Shown: positions 1 through 8,394 of the stretch, in pieces | How the letters are laid out: the number at the start of each line of letters is the position of its first letter | Position numbering within the stretch: position 1 is the stretch's first letter | Assembly: GCA_023819035.1 (NCBI GenBank) | Contig: JAMWCL010000001.1 | Coordinates: 2,226-66,225 of the forward strand | Source of the DNA: Candidatus Omnitrophota bacterium | GTDB lineage: Bacteria; Omnitrophota; Gorgyraeia; Gygaellales; Profunditerraquicolaceae | Direction: 5' to 3' | DNA: 64,000 nucleotides | Translations under genes and position numbers: made by a program | Notes under the pieces: generated by a model | Seen by the model: the letters and a program-made list of their open reading frames with translations, nothing else | What the model was told of the DNA's origin: nothing | Database searches by the model: none

Positions 1-634
1 CTTTAATTAACTGTAAGGCCTGCCTAATCTTTTTATTGGAAGCAGTCTCCTCAGAAGACTTAGTAGAATAGCTAAGTAAGGCGATGCGGGGTTTGATCTC
101 CAAGACCTCCCTGGCTAATCTGGCTGCTGATAAAGAAATACAAGCCAGTTGTAAGGCGCTTGGCTCAGGGATTATTCCACAATCCGCAAAGATAAATGTT
201 CCTGCTTCTCCATAACTACAATCAGGAACCACCATAATAAAACAACTTGAGATAAACTTAGACTCCTCATCCACGCCTAAACAACGAATACAACAGCGTG
301 CTACCTCAGGGGTGGTATGGGTAGCTCCTGCTACAAGACCGTCTACCTTAGCCTCTTTTGTCATCATCGCCGCATAATACATAGGGTCCTCAAAGAGGGT
401 TTTCACCCTTTCTATATCAAAACCTTTATTTTTGTATCTTTCATAAAATTCCTGAATATATCTTTCTTTTTCTTTAGAATCAATTTTATCTTGAGATAAA
501 AGTAAAACCTTGGCAATCCCTTCTTCTTCCACAATCTCTGCTGCCTGACGAATGCGTTTATCTTCAGATTCGGGAAGCACGATCGTCTTTAAATCCTTTT
601 TTGCCTTCTGGCGTAGCTTTTTAATTGTATCCAT
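1..634 (-). CDS. pta: Phosphate acetyltransferase, catalytic domain only; runs off window start
   Basis: Not in ORF track. Manual translation from ATG at 634 gives MDTIKKLRQKAKKDLKTIVLPESEDKRIRQAA..., later FADCGIIPEP, typical of PTA_PTB. Confidence 0.9.
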   Translation of the reverse strand, partial: MDTIKKLRQKAKKDLKTIVLPESEDKRIRQAAEIVEEEGIAKVLLLSQDKIDSKEKERYIQEFYERYKNKGFDIERVKTLFEDPMYYAAMMTKEAKVDGLVAGATHTTPEVARCCIRCLGVDEESKFISSCFIMVVPDCSYGEAGTFIFADCGIIPEPSALQLACISLSAARLAREVLEIKPRIALLSYSTKSSEETASNKKIRQALQLIK

Positions 635-635
635 A

Positions 636-1724
636 TTAAATCCCTTTTAAGATTTTTTCTAAATCTACATTCTCCTTAATTAATCTTATAGCGAGCTCAA
701 TCTTGGCTTTGTCCTTTGGTCTAATCTTAACATTTAAATCATGCAGTTGCGCTGCTACAGTATAAGTATCAGCCTTTGATAATAAAACCGGAATACCCGC
801 TTTATTTAAAGAATCCATCATTTCTTTCTTAGGGATAAAACCTCCGGTAAGAATTATAGCAGAGACCTTAAGCCTTTTAGGTTCATCAGCCCGAAATAAC
901 TCTAAACTAATCTTAATTATATCCTCCCTATCTCCCGGAGTAACCAGTAGAGAATCATCCACAATATATTTTAAGGCATCCTGTGCCTGCATCGCACCCA
1001 CTAATATTTTGGAGACATAGTTATCCAGGTAATCCCTACCACAGAGTAATTCAAAATCTGTTTCTTCGAGTATCTGACTGATACTAGGATGAGAAAGTAA
1101 AGGATGATAAGGAATTACACCCAATACCTCAATGCCTTTTCGAGATAATCCTTTACGAATCAAACGATTAATCTTATCAAATTTATCTGGAAGAACCTTG
1201 TTAATAATCACCCCTAAGATCTTAACCCCTTCCTTATCGAAAAGTGCCTTATTTAACATTATCTCATCGATAGGTCTACCAATGCCGCCTGAAGAGATAA
1301 TGATTACCTTAGCTCCCAAAAGTTTTGCTACCCCAGCATTAGAATGGTCAAATACCGAACCTACCCCCGCATGCCCGGTGCCTTCAATAATTACTAAATC
1401 TTGATGTTTGGAAACCCGCTGGAATGCCTGTTTAATCTGTAAGGTAATCGATTTTTTATCAGGTTTTTCTATATACCTTTCAGTAAAACCCTTCTCCACC
1501 GCTACCGGACTCATATCCTTTAAGCCACATTTTATATGACAGACCCCCTCAATAAGCCAGGAATCCTCGTCTATCTTTAGACCTTCCTCTTCAAGATATC
1601 GCTGACCAATAGGTTTTATAAAGGAAAGCCTTTTAAATCTGTCCTTAAGATTAAAGATTAATCCTAAGCAAACCGTGGTTTTGCCGTCATTCTGTTTAGT
1701 AGCAGCGATAAATACCTTCTTCAT
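636..1724 (-). CDS. BioD-like (AAA_26)/DRTGG domain protein, homologous to the N-terminal part of long Pta
   Basis: N-terminal GKTT P-loop, IIEGTG, TPGDRED and ILTGG motifs; directly upstream of pta. Confidence 0.85.
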   Translation of the reverse strand: MKKVFIAATKQNDGKTTVCLGLIFNLKDRFKRLSFIKPIGQRYLEEEGLKIDEDSWLIEGVCHIKCGLKDMSPVAVEKGFTERYIEKPDKKSITLQIKQAFQRVSKHQDLVIIEGTGHAGVGSVFDHSNAGVAKLLGAKVIIISSGGIGRPIDEIMLNKALFDKEGVKILGVIINKVLPDKFDKINRLIRKGLSRKGIEVLGVIPYHPLLSHPSISQILEETDFELLCGRDYLDNYVSKILVGAMQAQDALKYIVDDSLLVTPGDREDIIKISLELFRADEPKRLKVSAIILTGGFIPKKEMMDSLNKAGIPVLLSKADTYTVAAQLHDLNVKIRPKDKAKIELAIRLIKENVDLEKILKGI

Positions 1725-2044
1725 AGAAGATTCTCTTCTATATTTTTCTTTAACTCTGCCTTACTTAAAACACCGACAACCTGTTTCATAATTTGACCAT
1801 TTTTAAAAAATATTAAGGTAGGGATAGACATTATTCCGTAGGCAGTAGCAGTGCGGGTATTCTCATCGACATTCAGTTTACATACCTTTATCTTGCCCTC
1901 GTATTCCTTAGATAATTCCTCAATTATGGGAGCGATTATCTTACAAGGCATACACCAGCTCGCCCAGAAATCTACCAAAACAGGAAATTCTGATTCTAAG
2001 ACCTCTTTCTTAAAATTATTATCATTAATATCTAATAAAGCCAT
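1721..2044 (-). CDS. trxA: Thioredoxin
   Basis: VDFWASWCMPC active site, SIPTL motif, 107 aa. Confidence 0.95.
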   Translation of the reverse strand: MALLDINDNNFKKEVLESEFPVLVDFWASWCMPCKIIAPIIEELSKEYEGKIKVCKLNVDENTRTATAYGIMSIPTLIFFKNGQIMKQVVGVLSKAELKKNIEENLL

Positions 2045-2165
2045 ATTTAAAGATATTTTAGATTAATTAAATTAACACAAATCTTAGATATTTGCAAGAG
2101 GTTTAATTTAAATAATTATAAACCCTAACTAAAAATAATGCAAGATAATCAGTAGAAAAAAGGAT

Positions 2166-3704
2166 TTATCTTAGATGTTGGGAAAAATACCCTCCGGTAA
2201 GTGCATCTAAAGAGGCGGTGAGTTCCTTTAGTCTTAATTCTTTCTCCATTCTTTTTCTTTTCTCCTGCCAAGGAATATTCTCTAACTCCATCTTTGTCCT
2301 AAGGCGCTCAAAGTAGAGTTTATTTACCTCATCTAATATCTCCTGGCGCAACTCTACCATTAATCTTGAACGCACATCGATATTTGTCTGGTCTTCATTC
2401 CAGATAAGCCGACTTAAATCCCAGCTTAAAGTTATATCCCATTCTATCGCTGCCCTTCCGCGCACAAGAAGATCATCTCCATTTTTAGTTGTAGAACCCG
2501 TCTCCCAATGCCAAAGATCGGTAATATCCCTTTCTATGCTAACGCTTAAATGGGGAAGCCAAGCACTTCTTCTTGCCTGCCTACGCCAATCTTTTATTTT
2601 TTCGTTAGAAACCTCCGCATATTCAATCGCTGCCTGCTGAACCTGGCTAATAGTAGGTTCGTTCTGAAGATATAACCCAAAAAGTCCATCATCTTTGTCT
2701 GTCTTTGCTGTTCTTTTCTTAAACAGACCCTTATCAGAAACAACCCATAGATTATTTTGTCGGTCCAAGACCAAAGCTTTAAATTCCTTAGCAAAAAGTC
2801 CAAAGGAGAGATCCTCCCATTTGTTTTGTCTATATTTAAATATACCTTTCTTGGTAAGGACATATAATTCAGAATCTTCAGAAACCAGGATAAACCTTAT
2901 ATCTAAACTGATTAAACCCTCAGAAGGGAATAAATCCCAGGTTCTACCTTTATCTTGACTTTTATATATCCCTTTGAAGGTTGCTAAATAAAGAATATCT
3001 GGATTATGAGGGTCAAACCCTAAGGATCTCACTAAAAATAGGCTTGGACCCTTAATCTCTTCAAGAACCTCTTCTTGGTAATTCTCTTCTTCTTTCTTTG
3101 CTCTTTTAAAAATTCTTTTGTCTAATCCTGCCTCCCCTTCAATTTTATATAGACCATCTTGACCGACTACATAAAGCTGTTTATCCTTAGGATGGATGGC
3201 TATATTTAATATAGAAATATTACCTAATCTACCCGGATACTTATGCCAACTTAACCCCTTATCCTTACTTACAAAAAGCCCCTGATTCGTTCCTAAATAG
3301 ATTCTCTCCGAAAGGATAGCCAAACAAAGCACCTGGTTTTCTAAGATATTCTTTCCTTTAAAGATTCTTTGCCAGCTTATTCCATCATTTTGGCTGTAAT
3401 AAAGTCCGTTATTAGAAGCGGCGTATAAAGAAACCTTATCCTCAGGATCGAATAATAAAAAATTTATGCCTTTATTTTTTCCTTGCATTAAAAATATATA
3501 TCTCCAGGTTAACCCGCCATCCTGACTCTTAAGCACACCTTTATCGGTACCTATGTAGATAATATGAGGATGATCTGGCTTTAATAAGATTGTGTTTATA
3601 TTTAGATTACCTTTTACTACCTCCTCCCAAATAATCTCTTCGGCAGCAAGATTAAAGCTCATAAAAAACCCTCCTAATATCCCTAAAAATATTATCTTTC
3701 TCAT
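2166..3704 (-). CDS. Exported BNR/Asp-box beta-propeller protein with a C-terminal domain resembling one TolC/OEP-like repeat
   Basis: Repeated SxDxGxxW boxes (SQDGGLTW, SQNDGISW, SKDKGLSW, SQDKGRTW). Start moved to ATG 3704, which has GGAGG 8 nt upstream and gives a signal peptide MRKIIFLGILGGFFMSFNLAA. The OEP resemblance is tentative. Confidence 0.7.
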   Translation of the reverse strand: MRKIIFLGILGGFFMSFNLAAEEIIWEEVVKGNLNINTILLKPDHPHIIYIGTDKGVLKSQDGGLTWRYIFLMQGKNKGINFLLFDPEDKVSLYAASNNGLYYSQNDGISWQRIFKGKNILENQVLCLAILSERIYLGTNQGLFVSKDKGLSWHKYPGRLGNISILNIAIHPKDKQLYVVGQDGLYKIEGEAGLDKRIFKRAKKEEENYQEEVLEEIKGPSLFLVRSLGFDPHNPDILYLATFKGIYKSQDKGRTWDLFPSEGLISLDIRFILVSEDSELYVLTKKGIFKYRQNKWEDLSFGLFAKEFKALVLDRQNNLWVVSDKGLFKKRTAKTDKDDGLFGLYLQNEPTISQVQQAAIEYAEVSNEKIKDWRRQARRSAWLPHLSVSIERDITDLWHWETGSTTKNGDDLLVRGRAAIEWDITLSWDLSRLIWNEDQTNIDVRSRLMVELRQEILDEVNKLYFERLRTKMELENIPWQEKRKRMEKELRLKELTASLDALTGGYFSQHLR

Positions 3705-3725
3705 CCTTACCACCTCCTACTATAA

Positions 3726-3753
3726 CTGACGAAGATAAAGGATAAATCTTACA
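3726..3753 (-). promoter_or_regulatory. Putative ECF-sigma promoter of the beta-propeller gene
   Basis: Minus strand reads TGTAAG-N16-CGTCAG-TTATAGTAGGAGG, closely matching the motif at 7099-7126. Confidence 0.65.
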
Positions 3754-3804
3754 AGACTTTTTACTTCCTTGAAGTTAAGATTTTTTGGTATATTTTAAAG
3801 TGGG

Positions 3805-3915
3805 CTTTATCCGATAAAGGTAGACCCTAAGAAATTAGGGGACGCAAGGCTACGGGTTTAAGGATAAGAAGTTGAATCCTTCTTATCGATGATCGCCGAG
3901 CTTCCGAAGATAAAG
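3805..3915 (+). ncRNA. c-di-GMP-I (GEMM-I) riboswitch
   Basis: P1 CTTTATC/GATAAAG; AAAGGTAGA-CCCTAA-GAAA-TTAGGG-GACGCAAGGC core with GNRA tetraloop; 3' GCCGAGCTTCCGA. Extended -10 (TGGTATATT) just upstream. Confidence 0.85.
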
Positions 3916-3951
3916 GAGGAGCTTGGTTTTTATCTTAAAAAAGGATTAAAG

Positions 3952-4120
3952 ATGGAATGCCCTTATTTAAAAAACCTCGCATTCCTGTATGATTCTTTAT
4001 TATTACTGTAAATTGGAAGGAGAGGAATCTAGATTTAAACCTAAGGATGTGCAAAGTCAGATAAGACCCTGTCAGGCGAATTTTTTATTTTGTGAGATAT
4101 TAAGAAAGATAACCTCTTAA
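3952..4120 (+). pseudogene. Small Cys-rich protein downstream of the riboswitch, apparently frameshifted in an A6 run (or a 43-aa ORF from ATG 3989)
   Basis: ATG 3952 gives MECPYLK and then stops early. Removing one A at 3969-3974 gives MECPYLKTSHSCMILYYYCKLEGEESRFKPKDVQSQIRPCQANFLFCEILRKITS*. Confidence 0.45.
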
Positions 4121-4175
4121 ATTCCACCCTCCACTCATAATTTTCTTCCGAAGATCTTTTAAATACCTAATTTCT

Positions 4176-6368
4176 TTATTTCTTTAATTCTTTTTTAATA
4201 TTTTCTGCCTCATAAGGATTAATCTCTTCGTAAATCCTTAAGGCTGAAGAAAGGTATTCCTTGGCTTTATCTTTATTATTTTTCTTTTTATAAAGCAGGC
4301 CTAAATTATAGTAGGTTTCTGCCAATTCCAATGGTCCATCTATACCTTCACAGATAGCCAATGCCTTAAAGAAGAAGTTCTCCGCTTCTTTAAGGTTATC
4401 CATCTCTAAGTATAATTGTCCCAACATATTATAATCAGAAGCTAGATTTGGTAGATTACCTTGCCTCTGGTCTATGCTTAAGCCTTTTAAGTAAAGCTCT
4501 AAGGCTTTCGGGTATTGTTTCTTAAATAAATATATCTCACCTAAATTAAAATAATAATCACTAGATTCATCTTTTAACCTCAACGACTCAAATATAGCTT
4601 GGCTTTTTTGATAAAATTCCTCAGCAGTATCAAAATCATCCTTATTGGTAAATAAAAGGGCTAAATCAAAATAATCGCAGGCAAGGTTATAACGGTGCTG
4701 CTGGATATACCTTCTTTCTCGATTGATCTCGGAGCTTTTGGTTAATAAACTCAGTGCCTCCTCAGGGTTATTCTTATCCATATAACAGAGCGCTAATCTC
4801 CTTAAGGTAACTGCCTCATTTACTCTATCCTTATGCGCCCTGCTTAAATCTAATGCCTTCTGATAAAAATCAAATGCCTTAGGATAATCCCCTTTTAGAT
4901 AGTAGAGCCAGCCGATACCGATATAACTTAAGATAAGATGCTTTGTGTCATTTTTCTTCTGGCTATAAAAGGAGTAATCAAAATAATATTTTAAAGCCAT
5001 CTGTCGGTTACCCAAACGGTTATAGGTCTGTGCTAATAAAGGATAAACATTTAAAAAGAAGGGGTCTTTCTTAATTAACGATTCGCCTAGATAGAGTACC
5101 TGCTGATTTCTACCTGAAAGGTATGCCTGCTTAGATTTAAGATATAAAAAATAGGTATGAGGATTTAAAGTAGGTAGCCATAGAGATAAATAAATAATTA
5201 TTAGCCCAAAAAAGAACAAAGAACTCAGGATGGCTAATGGCCTTTTAAATCTTTTAAAAGGAAGGCTTCTTTTTTTGGTAAGGACAATTATCTTTGGGCT
5301 GGGTTTAAATAAGGAAAAGTTAGGGTCTCCATAAAGCAGATAACCTGCCCAGTCAAACATACCCAGGCCCCTTTCTTTTATAAGTGCTAAGCGCGCAAGT
5401 CTTATGGATTCCCCTACTGTTCTGCCCATAATTAGATGATTATAGAATTCCTGCGCAAAATAAAGGCTTGTTTTATCCTCTATCTTCTTTATGGTTCCGA
5501 TATAATGCCTGACCCCGCAAAAAAGGAATGTTGAGGCAAGATTAAAGTTTTTCTCAAGGTAGACTGACTGATTTGAATCAATCTTAGCACTATGACAGGC
5601 ATTAGAAAATATAAGCAAAGGAAGACTTAAGGTAGAACCTAGATTGATAATCTCTAAGGCGGTTAGTCTTCCATCGGAGAATACCCAACCCGATTCCTGA
5701 GGATTCTTTAGATCATATTCACAATGCCCAGCAAAATGAATAATATCATAATCCCCCAGATGCTTTTTTATATAAAGGGTATCGATCTGGGTAGATTTAA
5801 AATCAATCCTTATAAGCTGGGGGTTGAAGCTAAAACGATCCCGGATCTTTATCCCTTCAAGATAACTAGAACTTAAATCTCCCGTAGGATTTGCTAATAT
5901 CAACATTTTAAGCGGAACATCTAAACTCCGGTAGCGCAAGCGTGAAGGCTCTTTTTTTGTATGCACTGACCTTCCTAAATTAAACTTAAGAGAAAAAAAA
6001 TCCTTTCCGTCATATAAAAGCTCCCAAGGGATATGGATTAACTCTTCATCTATAGATAACAAAAGACTGCCCCCTGAGAGCTCGCTTAATCTTTCTTTAA
6101 TTGCTTTAGTAAGAAGCTGTTCCCAGAGAAGCATACCTACTTTCTTAAGTGCTAATCTCGGATCAAGCTCTGCAGTATATCTTATATCGGTGTTTTCCAG
6201 TAAAGAAAATAATTCGCAAGAAAGATGACCTATCTGCTTTAAGGAGACCTTGATCTGTTGATAGTGTTTTAATGTAGAAGAAAGCTCCTCCTTTTCAAAA
6301 AGCGCCATCTTAAGTGCATCTCTCTGCTTTAATATCTCCAAGACCCAGGTTTTTTTAGGTGAAGACAT
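4176..6368 (-). CDS. CHAT-domain (caspase-like) protease with one TM helix and a C-terminal TPR array
   Basis: IPWELL, HFAGH (His) and FSNACHS (Cys) motifs, YLLYGDP; hydrophobic stretch LAILSSLFFFGLIIIYLSLWLP; then multiple TPRs. Confidence 0.9.
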   Translation of the reverse strand: MSSPKKTWVLEILKQRDALKMALFEKEELSSTLKHYQQIKVSLKQIGHLSCELFSLLENTDIRYTAELDPRLALKKVGMLLWEQLLTKAIKERLSELSGGSLLLSIDEELIHIPWELLYDGKDFFSLKFNLGRSVHTKKEPSRLRYRSLDVPLKMLILANPTGDLSSSYLEGIKIRDRFSFNPQLIRIDFKSTQIDTLYIKKHLGDYDIIHFAGHCEYDLKNPQESGWVFSDGRLTALEIINLGSTLSLPLLIFSNACHSAKIDSNQSVYLEKNFNLASTFLFCGVRHYIGTIKKIEDKTSLYFAQEFYNHLIMGRTVGESIRLARLALIKERGLGMFDWAGYLLYGDPNFSLFKPSPKIIVLTKKRSLPFKRFKRPLAILSSLFFFGLIIIYLSLWLPTLNPHTYFLYLKSKQAYLSGRNQQVLYLGESLIKKDPFFLNVYPLLAQTYNRLGNRQMALKYYFDYSFYSQKKNDTKHLILSYIGIGWLYYLKGDYPKAFDFYQKALDLSRAHKDRVNEAVTLRRLALCYMDKNNPEEALSLLTKSSEINRERRYIQQHRYNLACDYFDLALLFTNKDDFDTAEEFYQKSQAIFESLRLKDESSDYYFNLGEIYLFKKQYPKALELYLKGLSIDQRQGNLPNLASDYNMLGQLYLEMDNLKEAENFFFKALAICEGIDGPLELAETYYNLGLLYKKKNNKDKAKEYLSSALRIYEEINPYEAENIKKELKK

Positions 6369-6374
6369 AACCTC

Positions 6375-7076
6375 TTAGGTCTTTACCTCTAAATGTAGAT
6401 AGCCAATTAATTCTTTAAGTCGAGATACCTGGATAGTGTAAGTGCCTAAAGGAATTCCTTCGAAGGTAACCTTACCTGATGAGCTTAGGTATGACTCTAA
6501 TTCAGTATCATCTTTTATTAGAGTAATCCTTAAGTCTTTCATTAACTGCAAAGGTCTTCTTTTCCTTACTATTATACTTAAATCAAAGGCCTTTGTCTTC
6601 TTGTTTATTATCTTTATCTCTATCTTAAATTCCTTAAAATCCTTTGCGATCCTTAGCTCATCCTTAAAATCCTTAATCTGGCGACTCCGCAATACTGCTT
6701 GAGAAATAAGCTCTTTACCTAAAAGAATCTCGCCGGTAGTCTTTAAGATCCTGATCAGGTCTTCCTTAAATTGTAAAACTACCTCAAGGCTCTCAGGAGG
6801 GGTTTGGGAAGGAAGCAAAGATGCTATGTTAGCAAGGAGCTGTTGAGGGAACTCTTTTAAAGGCATTTCCTCTAATCTTATCAGAAGATTTACCCGCTCC
6901 ATACATCCCTTACAACTAATCAGATGTCTCTTTATTTCTTCAGAATCCTCAGAGGACAGACGGGATTCTAAAAAACAAGTTAAGGTCTCCTCATCAGGAT
7001 GGATATCCGACTCTTTTTGTTCTTTCTTCCATACCTTATAGACCCTCTGAATTACCCTTTCAAGTTTATTTAACAT
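6375..7076 (-). CDS. Soluble zf-HC2 (ZAS) anti-sigma factor with beta-sandwich C-terminus
   Basis: HPDEETL...HLISCKGC (HxxxCxxC); no TM helix; C-terminal GKVTFEGIPLGTYTIQV; directly downstream of the ECF sigma. Confidence 0.8.
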   Translation of the reverse strand: MLNKLERVIQRVYKVWKKEQKESDIHPDEETLTCFLESRLSSEDSEEIKRHLISCKGCMERVNLLIRLEEMPLKEFPQQLLANIASLLPSQTPPESLEVVLQFKEDLIRILKTTGEILLGKELISQAVLRSRQIKDFKDELRIAKDFKEFKIEIKIINKKTKAFDLSIIVRKRRPLQLMKDLRITLIKDDTELESYLSSSGKVTFEGIPLGTYTIQVSRLKELIGYLHLEVKT

Positions 7077-7098
7077 ATTTTATTTTCTCCTAATATAA

Positions 7099-7126
7099 TA
7101 GACGAAAAATTTTTAATTATCTAACA
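7099..7126 (-). promoter_or_regulatory. Putative ECF-sigma promoter for the anti-sigma/CHAT genes, overlapping the sigma gene 3' end
   Basis: Minus strand reads TGTTAG-N16-CGTCTA-TTATATTAGGAG, matching 3726-3753. Confidence 0.65.
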
Positions 7127-7721
7127 TGAATCCTTTATGTCTAAAACAATCCTTTAATTTATCAATGATTCTTTTTTTACGCACATCTACTGCCGGACGC
7201 GAAAGCTTAAGGTGTCTGCTTATCTGCTCCAAGGCTAATCGTTGGTTAAGATATAATTCTAAAAAATACCTTTCCTCAATATTTAATCTTTCAATGCAAT
7301 CCTTTAGACTTAAAAGCATCTCTTCCGATTCGAGTTTATCTAAAACTGAGGTAGAATCATCCCGAAGGGTATCCTTTAAACTTAATCCTTGCTCATTTTC
7401 CTCCTCCAAAGAAACCAGATTCCTTTTCTTTCTTAAATAATCTATAGTATAATTAATCACTACCACCCTCAGCCAGCTTGCTAAGCTGCAACCGTTTTTT
7501 GCCTTAAAGGTTCTTAACTTTTTAAAATTATCCTGGGTAAGAAAAACAAATATCTCTTGAAAAATATTTTCTACCTCTTCAGAGTCAGCTAAAGATTTAC
7601 CTTTAAGTTTTAAAACATTATAGATATAACTATAAATAAGCCTGGAATATCTTTTTAAAAATTCATCCCAGGCAACCCGCTCACCTTCAAGGCAACGCCT
7701 AAGGAATTTCAAATCATTCAT
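7113..7721 (-). CDS. ECF-type RNA polymerase sigma factor
   Basis: Region 2 (AWDEF, FQEIF, SLASWLRVVVINYTIDYLRK) and region 4 HTH; 202 aa. Confidence 0.9.
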   Translation of the reverse strand: MNDLKFLRRCLEGERVAWDEFLKRYSRLIYSYIYNVLKLKGKSLADSEEVENIFQEIFVFLTQDNFKKLRTFKAKNGCSLASWLRVVVINYTIDYLRKKRNLVSLEEENEQGLSLKDTLRDDSTSVLDKLESEEMLLSLKDCIERLNIEERYFLELYLNQRLALEQISRHLKLSRPAVDVRKKRIIDKLKDCFRHKGFMLDN

Positions 7722-7737
7722 TTTTATCTATAGGAAT

Positions 7738-8394
7738 CTAAATAACGCCCAATTGATGCGCAAGCCGTAAAGGTTCGGGTAAACGATATTTAAGGGTGCA
7801 CCTTAAAATTATCCTTATACAATCCTTAAAACCTACCTTATACCCCGGTGAAACAAAGAGAGGTTTTACGAAATCCTTAGTTCTTAAGACAATCCCGATT
7901 TTTTTATTTTCTTCATTAAAAAGATAAGCAAAACTTCCCCGTTTCGGACCGGGTTGCTTATATCTACCCCATAACCAACTCTTGGCACAACCCATCGTAG
8001 GCTTACCTAAAAGGATCCCCATATGAGTGGCTATACCCATATTGCGGGGATGGGCGATCCCCTGACCATCAAAGATAAATATATCGGGTTGTCTTTTCAA
8101 ATCTTGCAAGCAAGCTTCTAAAACCGGACCTTCCCGAAAGCTTAAAAGGCCAGGGATATAGGGATAGCTTATCCTCTTTGTTTTTCGTACCCATTCTAAT
8201 AATCCTAACTCAGGATAACTTAAAATAACCACCACCCCAATTGCTAAATTATCCTTAAAATTAACATCTGCGCCGGCGATTAAGTGGATTTTTTCCTTAA
8301 GCTTAGTAAGCTTTATCTTCCTGCTTAATTCCTCCTGAAGCCTTCTTGCCTGAATTGGCTTAAGGTCCCAGGGATGTAATCTTTTTAGCTTCAT
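7738..8394 (-). CDS. nfi: Endonuclease V
   Basis: PYIPGLLSFREGP and DGQGIAHPR motifs. Confidence 0.95.
   Translation of the reverse strand: MKLKRLHPWDLKPIQARRLQEELSRKIKLTKLKEKIHLIAGADVNFKDNLAIGVVVILSYPELGLLEWVRKTKRISYPYIPGLLSFREGPVLEACLQDLKRQPDIFIFDGQGIAHPRNMGIATHMGILLGKPTMGCAKSWLWGRYKQPGPKRGSFAYLFNEENKKIGIVLRTKDFVKPLFVSPGYKVGFKDCIRIILRCTLKYRLPEPLRLAHQLGVI

Noticed and set aside
3805-3915. cGAMP-sensing GEMM-Ib variant
   Set aside because: By-eye alignment puts G at the discriminator position (Vc2 G20 equivalent), which favours c-di-GMP; not tested.
3730-3917. 13-nt direct repeat CGAAGATAAAGGA at 3730-3742 and 3905-3917 as a target-site duplication
   Set aside because: No mobile-element features between the copies, and the second copy is explained by riboswitch P1; may be chance.
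4176-7721. Type III-E CRISPR (Craspase) locus
   Set aside because: No cas genes or repeat-spacer array are visible in the window; only the protease/sigma logic is similar.
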